Source: an uncultured archaeon
Lineage (GTDB): Archaea > Altiarchaeota > Altiarchaeia > IMC4 > SCGC-AAA252-I15
Length of the DNA stretch: 37,247 nt
Direction of reading: 5' to 3'
Assembly: GCA_964423225.1 (NCBI GenBank)
Contig: CAYREE010000005.1
Coordinates: 1 to 37,247 of the forward strand
The notes beneath the pieces are model-generated. The model was not told the origin of the DNA. It saw nothing but the letters and a program-made list of their open reading frames with translations, and searched no databases. The number at the start of each line of letters is the position of its first letter. The stretch's first letter is position 1. Position numbers and translations under genes: made by a program. Below are positions 8,272 through 17,763 of the stretch, in pieces.

Positions 8272-9411
8272 TTAAGAACTAGGCTTGTTCTTCTTGTTCT
8301 TCAGATTTGTCTTGATTGCCAAGAAGGCGACAAAGGTTATGCATGATAAGACTAATAGTATCATGAATATCAAGAGCCCTGTTTTACCTTCCTTAATCTC
8401 TTTTTTATTATAATCTTTGTCTAGAAAATCGACTACTTTAATGAAGTCTTTTACGATTATATCTTCCTCGTTTTCATTCATTTTTTTTATCTTCTCTTTA
8501 TCTACTGGCGTATCTATATCCTCCCTGGGGTTTTCTGTCCATAAGTCTTCTATCCGGGGGGGTCTAGCTTGTTCTTCTACTTCCCTGGGCTTGTCGTATT
8601 CATCCTCTAATACAACTGGTTCTTTCGGCGTGGTTTCTACATCTTTGGCCACTACTGGTTTTGATAATATTGTTGTCGATGTAGTCTGCTTTATCGTATT
8701 ATCTTTTAAATCACTGGCTTTGGTGATTAGCTCGTCTATTATCGTATCAATATCGTCTTTATCGACCTTGAAAATGATTTTAGAATCCTCCCTGATTTTT
8801 CTGCCGGTTCTTTGTTTCCAATGGGTGAATGAGCAGAATTTACTTGCATTCCAATAGTCCTCTCTTCTAAGCAGTACTTCATCAACTTCATCCATCAGGT
8901 CTTTACCACTACAACCCTTATGGTATTCAGGATCCACTTGGTATAGTGGATATTGGCTGTCGGCGAAATATTGTGCTGCAGTGCAGAATAATTGTACTCT
9001 AAGACAGCCAGTATTTTTCCCAGCTTCTTCGAATAGTTGGTCATATACTTCTTTGGATGGATTGGACGGGTCTGTTAGGCTTTTACACACCCAATTCCGA
9101 TGGGCGTTCCACTTCCAGATCGGGCATCTTGTATAATCCTTATGGTTTTCAATATTGTCAAATAATGTGTCTGTAATACCCAGGATACCTACTTGTTTGT
9201 TCTCCCGGCATCTGGTTCCTGCATCTTCATCAAATGTAGCTGCGATGATGTCGCAGTATCCATCAGCGAATTCTCCGAGGCATGTTGTAGTATCAGAACC
9301 CCAAGCATTGATAGAGACTTCAGAACATATGAGTTTATGAGTTTCAGATCCCCACGCATTCACCTGCAAGATCAGCGAAAAGACGGCTAACAATGCTAGA
9401 TAATACCTCAT
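8272..9411 (-). CDS. Secreted, C-terminally membrane-anchored protein with an S1/P1 nuclease / Zn-phospholipase C-like domain
   Basis: Signal peptide ending VNA, mature N-terminus WGSETH, QYFADSQYPLY resembling HxxxDxxxPLH, a Thr/Pro/Glu-rich linker, and a C-terminal TM with basic tail. Confidence 0.55.
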   Translation of the reverse strand: MRYYLALLAVFSLILQVNAWGSETHKLICSEVSINAWGSDTTTCLGEFADGYCDIIAATFDEDAGTRCRENKQVGILGITDTLFDNIENHKDYTRCPIWKWNAHRNWVCKSLTDPSNPSKEVYDQLFEEAGKNTGCLRVQLFCTAAQYFADSQYPLYQVDPEYHKGCSGKDLMDEVDEVLLRREDYWNASKFCSFTHWKQRTGRKIREDSKIIFKVDKDDIDTIIDELITKASDLKDNTIKQTTSTTILSKPVVAKDVETTPKEPVVLEDEYDKPREVEEQARPPRIEDLWTENPREDIDTPVDKEKIKKMNENEEDIIVKDFIKVVDFLDKDYNKKEIKEGKTGLLIFMILLVLSCITFVAFLAIKTNLKNKKNKPSS

Positions 9412-9500
9412 TATAATACATTAATGATAAGTCCTAATAAAAAAACTTTTTAAATATTATCCTGATTATTAATCATTCTATACTATCTAATAAGGTTAGG

Positions 9501-10883
9501 ATGACTGGCAAAGATGTGAATATTAAGGTCGGTTTGGAGATACACGTGCCTTTGAAGACAGGCCAGAAACTCTTTTGTGATTGTCCAACTGATTATTGGG
9601 ATGCTGAAAGCCCGAATATTCATACATGTCCTGTTTGCACAGGAATGCCTGGTTCAAAACCGTTTCCATTGAATGCCAGGGCTCTTGAGACTGCGGTTAT
9701 GGTAGCTCAGCTTTTAGAATGCAAGATTATACGGGATAATATCTTTGTGAAACGCAAGCATTATAACTATCCGGACCTGCCTTCAGGTTATCAGAGGACT
9801 AGTGAGCCTGTTGGAGTGGATGGGAAGCTTGGCAGTGTTGGCATCTGGGAGGTCCATCTCGAAGAGGATCCTGGAAGATATGATTTGAAGACTGGTTTCG
9901 TCGACTATAATCGTAGTGGTGTAGCATTATTAGAGATTGTTTCCGCCCCTGACATGAAGGGCCCTGAGGATGTCCGGTTGTTTCTAAGAGAGCTTGTCAA
10001 CCTTTTAAAGTATACTGAACGTATCGTGGATGTTGGTGGTGTGATGCGTGCAGACGTTAATATCAGTATTGAAGATGGTGCAAGGGTTGAGATAAAGAAT
10101 ATTAATAGTGTTCAGGGAGCTTTTAAGGCAATCCAGTACGAGGTTATTCGTCAGAAGAATATGATGAGGCGCGGAGTAAAAGTGATCCAGGAGACTCGTG
10201 GTTTTGACGAGAAGACGATGGTAACCATCTCACAGAGAGTCAAGGAGACGGCGGCAGACTATAGGTATATTCCAGACCCTGATATCCCCCCGTTGTCATT
10301 CAACAATGATTATACTGATGCAATCATTTTACCTGAGACACCACAGTTACGGAAAAAGAGGCTTATCAAAGACTTCGGTGTTAGGGAAGACTATGCTCAG
10401 ACCATGGTGAGAGATAAGGATATCGCAGACTTCTATGAAAAGTCTGTAAAGAATTATGACCCTGATTTCACTGCTATGTGGGTTGTCCGGGATGTTCTAA
10501 AACAATTAAATTACCGGGGTGTTGAACTGCGTGACACAAAGCTCGACTATAAATTATTCATTGAAGTATTAGGCCTACTGGACTCTAAGAAGATAACCGA
10601 GAATGTCGGAAAAAAGATTATTGAACGTGTAATCGATTCTGGTGAGAGTCCGAAAAAGATTGTGAAGGATGAGGGTCTTGGGAGGGTGTCAGAGTCGTCA
10701 GAGCTTGAGGAAATGGTTGAAGTTGTCATATCTGAAAATCCTCAGGCAGTAACCGATTTTAGCTCTGGTGGGGGCAAAGCCTTGAATTTTCTGATGGGCG
10801 ATGTTATGAAGAGGATGCAGGGGAGGGCTGATTCTAAGCTGGTCTTAGATCTGCTTAGAAAAAGACTGGACGATGGTCAATAA
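9501..10883 (+). CDS. gatB: Asp-tRNA(Asn)/Glu-tRNA(Gln) amidotransferase subunit B
   Basis: VGLEIH, KLFC, CPVCTGMPG, RKHYNYPDLPSGYQ, HLEEDPG, DYNRSG, RVEIKNINS, QETR, DYRYIPDPD and a YqeY-like tail. Confidence 0.97.
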   Translation: MTGKDVNIKVGLEIHVPLKTGQKLFCDCPTDYWDAESPNIHTCPVCTGMPGSKPFPLNARALETAVMVAQLLECKIIRDNIFVKRKHYNYPDLPSGYQRTSEPVGVDGKLGSVGIWEVHLEEDPGRYDLKTGFVDYNRSGVALLEIVSAPDMKGPEDVRLFLRELVNLLKYTERIVDVGGVMRADVNISIEDGARVEIKNINSVQGAFKAIQYEVIRQKNMMRRGVKVIQETRGFDEKTMVTISQRVKETAADYRYIPDPDIPPLSFNNDYTDAIILPETPQLRKKRLIKDFGVREDYAQTMVRDKDIADFYEKSVKNYDPDFTAMWVVRDVLKQLNYRGVELRDTKLDYKLFIEVLGLLDSKKITENVGKKIIERVIDSGESPKKIVKDEGLGRVSESSELEEMVEVVISENPQAVTDFSSGGGKALNFLMGDVMKRMQGRADSKLVLDLLRKRLDDGQ

Positions 10884-12018
10884 AAAAGACTCAGATTGGA
10901 AGGTTTTTATCGAGGGTTTAATAGATTTTCTTGATGGGCGTTCCACTTCATCTAAGCAGATGGGTTTGATGATTGAAAATAGTTGGAGTATTATTGTCTA
11001 TAATTTTTACATGCTTATTTTCCTATTTATCTTTGCGTCTGTCTTACTTGTTTTGCTTACACCCGTCTTATTAGCAACTGAAAACGTGTATATGCGGGGT
11101 GTTGGTGCTACTATACATGTTGGTGCGGGACTATTTCAGTTTTGCCATCAATTGCCCTACCGATCGTTTGTCATCAGTGGCATACCATATCCTGTTTGCG
11201 CCCGGGATATCGGGATATATGTTGGTATTGTATTGGGTTTGTCGACAGTCTTTTACAGGGATAAGATTCCCTTGAAGATGACAAGCGTTATTTTCCCGAT
11301 TCTCTTGACCCTACCCATCTTGATTGACGGAGTCACACAGACGATCCTACATCTTAGGGAGAGTAATAATCTGCTCAGATTGCTCACTGGATCTGTATTT
11401 ACTTTCGGATGGTCGTCTTTTATCGCTAACCGTATAGTCCTCTGGAAATATCCTGATTTTACATCTAGGATAGGTGTGAAGAGTATTCTAATCGACGGAT
11501 TAATTGTGTTGTGTGTAATACTTTTTCTAACCTTTAATTTTGCATCTCTTGTAGGTGGTGTCTACATGTCGAGGCAGGAGGCGGAAGACAGGGCTTTGAA
11601 AACAACTGAGTTAGCTCCTTCCTTAGTAAAGTCTTTTTATGTATCTTCTCTTACACCCCTAACCGTTTCAGAGGATCTTTTTTATGAGAATAACCGGGAT
11701 GTCATCCTTGATGATATCCGGAATTTTGATTGGGCGAAGAGATGGGCAAACAGGTATCATCTCCAAGATGAGGAATACACTAAAAATTATTTTAACTCTG
11801 ATAATATCTCTGTTTCATTCAATAACACCAGGGATTTCTCTTTCATGTCTTTTTTTCATGCAATATCTGAGAAAGAACATAGGCTTGGGATTTGGGTGAT
11901 AGTATTATTCAATGAAACTTATAGCCAAGGAGATTCTGTGTTTGTCTCATCTGGTAGGGGTGAATACTATTATTTCGACGCATTTTCTGGAAACTTGATG
12001 AGTAAAGAGATACACTAA
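10873..12018 (+). CDS. DUF2085-family membrane protein with a C-terminal soluble extension
   Basis: FCHQLPYRSF ... PVCARDIGIY ... IDGVTQ ... RESNNLLRLLTG and several TM helices. Confidence 0.85.
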   Translation: MVNKKDSDWKVFIEGLIDFLDGRSTSSKQMGLMIENSWSIIVYNFYMLIFLFIFASVLLVLLTPVLLATENVYMRGVGATIHVGAGLFQFCHQLPYRSFVISGIPYPVCARDIGIYVGIVLGLSTVFYRDKIPLKMTSVIFPILLTLPILIDGVTQTILHLRESNNLLRLLTGSVFTFGWSSFIANRIVLWKYPDFTSRIGVKSILIDGLIVLCVILFLTFNFASLVGGVYMSRQEAEDRALKTTELAPSLVKSFYVSSLTPLTVSEDLFYENNRDVILDDIRNFDWAKRWANRYHLQDEEYTKNYFNSDNISVSFNNTRDFSFMSFFHAISEKEHRLGIWVIVLFNETYSQGDSVFVSSGRGEYYYFDAFSGNLMSKEIH

Positions 12019-12055
12019 CACATTTTTTAACTAGTTTCTACAATTAAAATAGGCG

Positions 12056-12913
12056 ATGTCATACAAGGTATTTGCAATACTAATATTGCTAGCGGTCTTA
12101 ATGTCTGGATGTTTGAGGCAGTCAACATGCAGTGACGGAGTGAAGAACCAGTTAGAGGAAGGAGTTGACTGTGGTGGACCATGCCCTCCCTGTGTGGATG
12201 TTCAAGGACCTATAACGACTTTACCTGCTGTCGAGGAATGTAGTGTTTTTGGTGAAGCGCTTGCGGATAAATGCTATTATGGAAAAGGAACCAAGACCTT
12301 GAATGAGACGTTATGCATCGAAGTTAAAGATTCTTTCATGCGGGATTCGTGTTATCGTACTATCGCGGCTGAAAAATTGAATCCTGTAATATGTAATGAA
12401 ATAGTCTCTGAGATAGAGGAGGCTGAGTGTTTCAAACAGGTTGCTGTGAAAACAGAGAATCATACTACCTGTCTTTTGATAAAAAATGTTGTTCAGAGAG
12501 ACACGTGTTTATATCGTATTGCATCAGATCTTGAGTACGGTGAGATCTGCGATCTTATCGAGCAATCATCTTCAAAAAATCGTTGTCTTGCACTTCTTAG
12601 ACAAGATCCATCATATTGTGCCAAGATCGAATCTGACAAGGGTAGAGACTGGTGTTATAACCGGGTTGCATCTGTTGATCCGAGGACGAAGACTTGCGAT
12701 CTAATAGAGAACTCCGCTACAAAGGATAACTGTCTTTATATCGTTGCTGAAAAGAAGTTGGAATCAACAATCTGCAATACTATCACCAATGCGACGGTGA
12801 AAGAAGATTGTGATGGCAATGTAAAACAGATAATTGAACGGTTGAAAAAAATACAGACTCCGATAACAGACTCAACTAATAATTCAGTCAACCTAGATGT
12901 TAGGAATGTTTAA
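12056..12913 (+). CDS. Cysteine-repeat lipoprotein
   Basis: Lipobox LMSGC, CSDGVKNQLEEGVDCGGPCPPC module, then about 7 C-x2-I-x7-C-Y/L repeats. Confidence 0.75.
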   Translation: MSYKVFAILILLAVLMSGCLRQSTCSDGVKNQLEEGVDCGGPCPPCVDVQGPITTLPAVEECSVFGEALADKCYYGKGTKTLNETLCIEVKDSFMRDSCYRTIAAEKLNPVICNEIVSEIEEAECFKQVAVKTENHTTCLLIKNVVQRDTCLYRIASDLEYGEICDLIEQSSSKNRCLALLRQDPSYCAKIESDKGRDWCYNRVASVDPRTKTCDLIENSATKDNCLYIVAEKKLESTICNTITNATVKEDCDGNVKQIIERLKKIQTPITDSTNNSVNLDVRNV

Positions 12914-13867
12914 TCCCTTCTTCTTGATTCTTTTCCCTACAGGTTTTAAGATATCGATCAGGGCATCTCCGACAGCATTCTTAAGATCCTGTGGATGAAG
13001 TTTTTTAGACTCATAGTCATTGAGCAGTGAGTTAAAGTCTTCATAGTCCTGATTTCCACCGAATTTTTCAGGTCTTTCGACTTTTAAAATGTTTTGTCTT
13101 GGATAGATGATGAGTTTACATGTATCTAATACTGGATTGTTTTCAGTTTCGGGTGGGCAGTATGATGAATTGATTTTTTTCTTAATGGCTTCTGGCGTAT
13201 CATCTACCGCGATTATCGTTTCTGGTTTTGACGAGCTCATCTTTGAGTCCGGTCCGCCAAGCGAGCACATCAATGGTGTGTGTATGCATACTGGTTTCTT
13301 GTATTCTAAGTCAGGTAATGTTTCTCTTGCCAGCATGTGTATTTTTCGTTGTTCTATCCCGCCATACGCGATATCTGCTTCGAGTGCTTTGATGTCGACA
13401 GCCTGCATAAGCGGGTATATGGTTTGTGATACATGCGCATTGTCGATGTCCCGGGCTATCTCCTGCATGCTTCGTAACGCCCTCTTCATAGTTGTTTTAA
13501 CTCCAAGCTGTAAGACATCATGGATGTATTCTTTCTCGTATTGAAAGCTTGATCCTAAGACAAACTCTGCTTTTTCAAGGCCGAGACAATCGAAGCATTC
13601 CCTCCAGTATTTCGTCATCTGACCTATCCATTCTTCGCTTCCTTTATGGTTGAGGAGTGTGTGTACGTCGGCAAATAATATTTTAACCTTAAATCCTTCC
13701 TTTTGGAAGTCAATAAGTTTTTGTAGTGTTACCATGTGTCCGATGTGCACTGGTCCAGAGGTCTCATAACCGCAGTAGACTATAGGCTTATTATTACGGA
13801 TGTTATCAAGTTCTTCTTCAGTGACTATCTCGACCGTGTTCCTCTTTACGAGGTCTTCTTCACTCAT
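12893..13867 (-). CDS. tyrS: Tyrosine--tRNA ligase (archaeal)
   Basis: YCGYETSG, HIGH, YPLMQAVD, GGIEQRKIHM, KMSSS, LHPQDLK. Confidence 0.98.
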   Translation of the reverse strand: MSEEDLVKRNTVEIVTEEELDNIRNNKPIVYCGYETSGPVHIGHMVTLQKLIDFQKEGFKVKILFADVHTLLNHKGSEEWIGQMTKYWRECFDCLGLEKAEFVLGSSFQYEKEYIHDVLQLGVKTTMKRALRSMQEIARDIDNAHVSQTIYPLMQAVDIKALEADIAYGGIEQRKIHMLARETLPDLEYKKPVCIHTPLMCSLGGPDSKMSSSKPETIIAVDDTPEAIKKKINSSYCPPETENNPVLDTCKLIIYPRQNILKVERPEKFGGNQDYEDFNSLLNDYESKKLHPQDLKNAVGDALIDILKPVGKRIKKKGLNIPNI

Positions 13868-14108
13868 TCTTCAGGGCTTCCAGGTCGCTTACTATGTTCC
13901 ATAACGCTGTTTTTGCATGCATTGGTATGTTAACATCATTGACTATCTCGTCTATCGTGTAAATCACTGATGTGACTTTCACTGCCTGGTCTTGATCGTC
14001 TTTGAGTAGTTCTTCCTTGATTTTGGACAGTACGATCTTAACCCTCTTGGGCATCGAATGGTCGTTTGTCACATCGTCTATTTTTTCAATAACGTCTTTA
14101 ATATCCAT
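13860..14108 (-). CDS. UPF0147 family protein
   Basis: NDHSMPKRVK ... DEIVNDVNIPMHAKTALWNIVSDLE. Confidence 0.9.
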   Translation of the reverse strand: MDIKDVIEKIDDVTNDHSMPKRVKIVLSKIKEELLKDDQDQAVKVTSVIYTIDEIVNDVNIPMHAKTALWNIVSDLEALKNE

Positions 14109-14197
14109 TTTACACCGTTGTCTAATTGATCTTATAGAACAAAGACAGCTTAATTATGTTCAATATTGTTTATAAATAATAGTTATCATTATCTTTT

Positions 14198-15142
14198 ATG
14201 GTTTTGGATAATATATTGAATCCTAGAATTCTGAGAGAGAAACCTTATTATTCTGCGTTTATGAGCTTTATATTCGTGATATTGGGTTTTTTCACGGCAT
14301 CATTTATCTTTGCTAGTCAGATGAGTATTGTGATGGTTGCTTTATCCAGTCTTTTTCTACTTCCTTATGTTGTTAAGATTTTCGAGTTTGATGAGTTGAA
14401 TATTAATATCGATGAGACTTCACAAGAAGATCTAGAGGCTTGGGTGCATAAGTGTTTGAGGGATGGATACACTATAGAACAGATCAAATTCAATCTTATC
14501 CAGGATAATCTCGACAAGCCGGATTCTGTGATATATGATCTTACTGGGGTTGATCGTGTCTTTGTGAAATATATGGAGTCTTCAAACCTATTTGTAAGAC
14601 ATCGGAATATCATTAATTTTTATCTTTTCCTATTCCTTGGCGCGTCGATTGCATTCATGCTGCTTTATGGAAGCTTGAATAATGAGTTTGTAGGTGTTGC
14701 ATTTGAGAATCAGCTTGATGTCATCCGTCCAGGTCCACAAGGCATGTTCAGGGGAGAGAAGTTATTCGGTCCGATAGTCGTCAATAATCTTAAAATAACC
14801 CTTATCTGCGTATTGTTATCATTACTTTATGGGTCTGGAGCGATATTCATCCTTAATTATAATGCTTCTATTGCTGGTGTGATGTATGGTAGTAGTATTC
14901 GGACATTGCTCTGGGGCACTTCAAACCTTTATCCTAACCTGTTATTGTATCTGCCTCATACGACAATTGAGATATTCGCTTATCTTCTCGCAGCGATCTC
15001 AGGTGGTATATTATCCAAGGCTGCTTCCGGGATTCAACCGGGTAGTGAGGAAATATGGTTGAAGGATGGTTTGATATTGCTTTTCATAAGCATTGTACTC
15101 ATCTTCATTGGCGGATTTGTAGAAGTGCAGGTAATCGTATAA
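14198..15142 (+). CDS. SpoIIM/DUF95-family membrane protein
   Basis: Multiple TMs, IVVNNLK, YGSGAIFILNYNAS, LPHTTIEIFAY, GGFVE. Confidence 0.8.
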   Translation: MVLDNILNPRILREKPYYSAFMSFIFVILGFFTASFIFASQMSIVMVALSSLFLLPYVVKIFEFDELNINIDETSQEDLEAWVHKCLRDGYTIEQIKFNLIQDNLDKPDSVIYDLTGVDRVFVKYMESSNLFVRHRNIINFYLFLFLGASIAFMLLYGSLNNEFVGVAFENQLDVIRPGPQGMFRGEKLFGPIVVNNLKITLICVLLSLLYGSGAIFILNYNASIAGVMYGSSIRTLLWGTSNLYPNLLLYLPHTTIEIFAYLLAAISGGILSKAASGIQPGSEEIWLKDGLILLFISIVLIFIGGFVEVQVIV

Positions 15143-15179
15143 ATGAGCTTATTTATCCTTGGTTTTCCTATATTATACT

Positions 15180-15947
15180 ATGGGTAAAGACAATTGTAAG
15201 TATTGTTATCTATTTTTTTTACTTAGTTTCATCCTTGTCATGCTCTTTGTATTCAACCTAGATTGTATTACTCATTCGACTCCTGTGGCAAAGTTTTTTA
15301 CTGGTCCTGAATCCTGTGAAAAATCCTCTCTATCAATCATCGGGCAACAGCTTTATACTGATGAGCAAGTCTTTGATGCTAGTATTGTATATACTCCATA
15401 TGAGAAGCGGAGTATCACTTATAATTATCGTCTATTCAGTGTGGATGCGGATGATAATTTCATTTTGATGTCCTCTAATTCCGGTGACATGATAACTTCT
15501 GACAGATTCGAGTTCCAGGCTTCAAGATTATATATGATTGGGGGTCTTGACCTTGATGATGCTAAGGTCTCTCAAATTAATCTTCCGCAAGGTGATTATG
15601 TCTTGCATGCTTCTGTGAAAAGCGGTGATTGCGAGTGGACTGAAGCATTGAGGTTTAGGACGGTCAGACCGAAACCTGATCTTAGGGTTGGTGATATAAA
15701 CTATGGTTCTGATGAGATCAAGTTCACTGTGACTAATAAGGGCGGTCAGACTGCAGAGAAATTCATGACACGTTTCTGGGTTAATGATAATGTATTGGCT
15801 GACAGGCTTACTGAAAACCTTGGCCCTGGAGCAAGTGTTGAATTAACTGTTGATGGATCTGTTGGAATTGGTGATGATTTCTCAATTCACGCAGACTATT
15901 ATGAGTGGGTTGAAGAGTCAAACGAGGATAATAACAAATATCCTTGA
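15180..15947 (+). CDS. Membrane-anchored surface protein with a C-terminal CARDB (Ig-like) domain
   Basis: N-terminal TM, then KPDLRV ... TVTNKGGQTA ... LGPGAS ... AD ... VEESNEDNN. Confidence 0.8.
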   Translation: MGKDNCKYCYLFFLLSFILVMLFVFNLDCITHSTPVAKFFTGPESCEKSSLSIIGQQLYTDEQVFDASIVYTPYEKRSITYNYRLFSVDADDNFILMSSNSGDMITSDRFEFQASRLYMIGGLDLDDAKVSQINLPQGDYVLHASVKSGDCEWTEALRFRTVRPKPDLRVGDINYGSDEIKFTVTNKGGQTAEKFMTRFWVNDNVLADRLTENLGPGASVELTVDGSVGIGDDFSIHADYYEWVEESNEDNNKYP

Positions 15948-15964
15948 TGAAAAATCTTTTTTTT

Positions 15965-16747
15965 TTAGAATAGTAGGTCCCAGAGCCAGAAGTTAGATAT
16001 AATCGTTGTTGTTGTCGTACTTGTTGTGGTTGTTGATGTGGTGCTTGATAAAGTTGTTGTTACTATTGTCGTTGATGTTGTTTTTAGTATTATGGTTGAT
16101 GTTGTAGTTGAAGCGTCTTCGTTTATCTCTCCGCATATCCTGAAGTTTGGATAGGCTTCATGAAAGTGTTGTAGTTCCCAGTCGTATCCGCTATTGTATG
16201 ATTTATACACGTCGCCTTTCGCATCATATGGCATGAATCGTGGATTACTGCTTGCAATTACTATCCAATAGCTGGGTGCATCTTCCTCGAATTCTAGGGT
16301 GATGTAGTATGTGCCAGTCTTCATTAGTTTTTCAACCATTATGTTCGTCCAGGAGGCGTCTTTAATATTATGGTATATCGGAATCTCCATAAAGGGTATG
16401 TATTCAGATATGAATTCATCACCTCCTGGGGATTTCCCTATCCTTATGCTCACATCTTTCTCATAGAATTTGTCTCTTGCGAGCATAAGACTGATGCCTT
16501 CCACATATATTTCTTCAGTGACTTTGAATCCGTATGACTGGATGTTTTTAGATCCTCCAATCATGTGCTGTATCCCATTGATCTCGACTTGTCCAATCAA
16601 TATCTCATCTTGATGTGTGCACCATGGGTTGCCTGTGAATCTTCCTGCTGGATCAACTAATTTTTTGGGACTTAGAAACATTAGGACAGTGAATATCAGG
16701 GGGATCAATAGTATGATTGAGAGTATGGTCCTAACCCGGGTTTTCAT
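15965..16747 (-). CDS. Membrane-anchored surface protein with a beta-rich domain and Thr-rich tail
   Basis: N-terminal TM, QSYGF ... GTYYITL beta-sandwich pattern, poly-Thr/Ser stretch and an aromatic C-terminus FWLWDLLF. Confidence 0.7.
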   Translation of the reverse strand: MKTRVRTILSIILLIPLIFTVLMFLSPKKLVDPAGRFTGNPWCTHQDEILIGQVEINGIQHMIGGSKNIQSYGFKVTEEIYVEGISLMLARDKFYEKDVSIRIGKSPGGDEFISEYIPFMEIPIYHNIKDASWTNIMVEKLMKTGTYYITLEFEEDAPSYWIVIASSNPRFMPYDAKGDVYKSYNSGYDWELQHFHEAYPNFRICGEINEDASTTTSTIILKTTSTTIVTTTLSSTTSTTTTSTTTTTIISNFWLWDLLF

Positions 16748-16779
16748 ATGTTTAATCAGGGGTTTTATCTGTTAAAAAA

Positions 16780-17097
16780 TCAGGATTTTAAGGCTTTAAT
16801 CTCGAGGATTCCGTTTCTGTATCTTATATCTGTCTTTTTTGGCTTGATTTTCGGTGTCTGATGTATTGAAGCATATCCTATTGGTTCAATCTTTAACTGG
16901 ATGTTCTTCTCGTCAATGGTTATCTGTATGTCTTCAGCCTGGACTCCGGGAAGCTCATATGTTAATATGAGATTCTCGTCTGTCTCATTGCATTCCATAT
17001 ATGGTTCTTCAGATCCTTGGCTAAATGTCAGGTTGCAGGTTGATGCCAATAATTGCCTTGCAAGATATAAGAGGACATCCTCTATTCTTTCTGCCAT
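16780..17097 (-). CDS. Hsp20/alpha-crystallin family small heat-shock protein
   Basis: ETDENLILTYELPGVQAEDIQI ... YRNGILEI. Confidence 0.88.
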   Translation of the reverse strand: MAERIEDVLLYLARQLLASTCNLTFSQGSEEPYMECNETDENLILTYELPGVQAEDIQITIDEKNIQLKIEPIGYASIHQTPKIKPKKTDIRYRNGILEIKALKS

Positions 17098-17166
17098 CGT
17101 TGGGTAACAATTAATACTCTGATTATAAAAAGCCAGCTATTTTTTTTACAATAAATCCTGATAATA

Positions 17167-17763
17167 ATGATGGATTTGTTTGGTAAGGGTGCGGAGGCGA
17201 ACTTGTATCGTGACGGGGACAAGTTGGTGAAGGATAGGATCAGTAAGAAATACCGGGTCTCCGAGCTTGACTCTCGTCTCAGACGCCAGCGGACAAAGCG
17301 GGAGGGAAATCTCTTACAGGTGGCCAGGGAAGCAGGAGTGATGACTCCTAAAGTCTTTGAAGTCGAAAAGAAAGGATATAAGCTGGTCATGGAATATATT
17401 GACGGTCAGCTGGCCAAGGAGTATATTGATGAATCGTCTGATACTGAGATAAGGAAGATCGCTAAGAAAATCGGGGCATCTATGAAACTGCTTCATAATG
17501 TTGAGATCATCCATAATGATCTGACAACATCCAATCTCATATTAAAGGCTGATAAAGTATACTTCATCGACTTTGGCCTAGCCTATCGGTCTAGGAGGCT
17601 TGAGGATAAGGCAATGGACTTGGTAGTATTCAAAAAGAGTATTCTTGCAACGCATACTGATAAAGTTGATCTGATCTGGGATTCTGTCATCCAGGGATAT
17701 GATGCTGATAAAGAGCTTATCACAAGGATTGGTCAGATAGAGAAGCGTGTACGCTATTCCTAG
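17167..17763 (+). CDS. bud32: KEOPS complex kinase/ATPase Bud32
   Basis: GKGAEA, KDRISKKYR, RTKREG, MEYIDG, HNDLTTSN, FIDFGL, EDKAMDL and a C-terminal RVRY. Confidence 0.95.
   Translation: MMDLFGKGAEANLYRDGDKLVKDRISKKYRVSELDSRLRRQRTKREGNLLQVAREAGVMTPKVFEVEKKGYKLVMEYIDGQLAKEYIDESSDTEIRKIAKKIGASMKLLHNVEIIHNDLTTSNLILKADKVYFIDFGLAYRSRRLEDKAMDLVVFKKSILATHTDKVDLIWDSVIQGYDADKELITRIGQIEKRVRYS

Noticed and set aside
16003-16110. GTT/GAT-rich low-complexity tract
   Set aside because: Simply encodes the poly-Thr tail of 15965..16747, with mixed codons; not a DNA-level tandem array.
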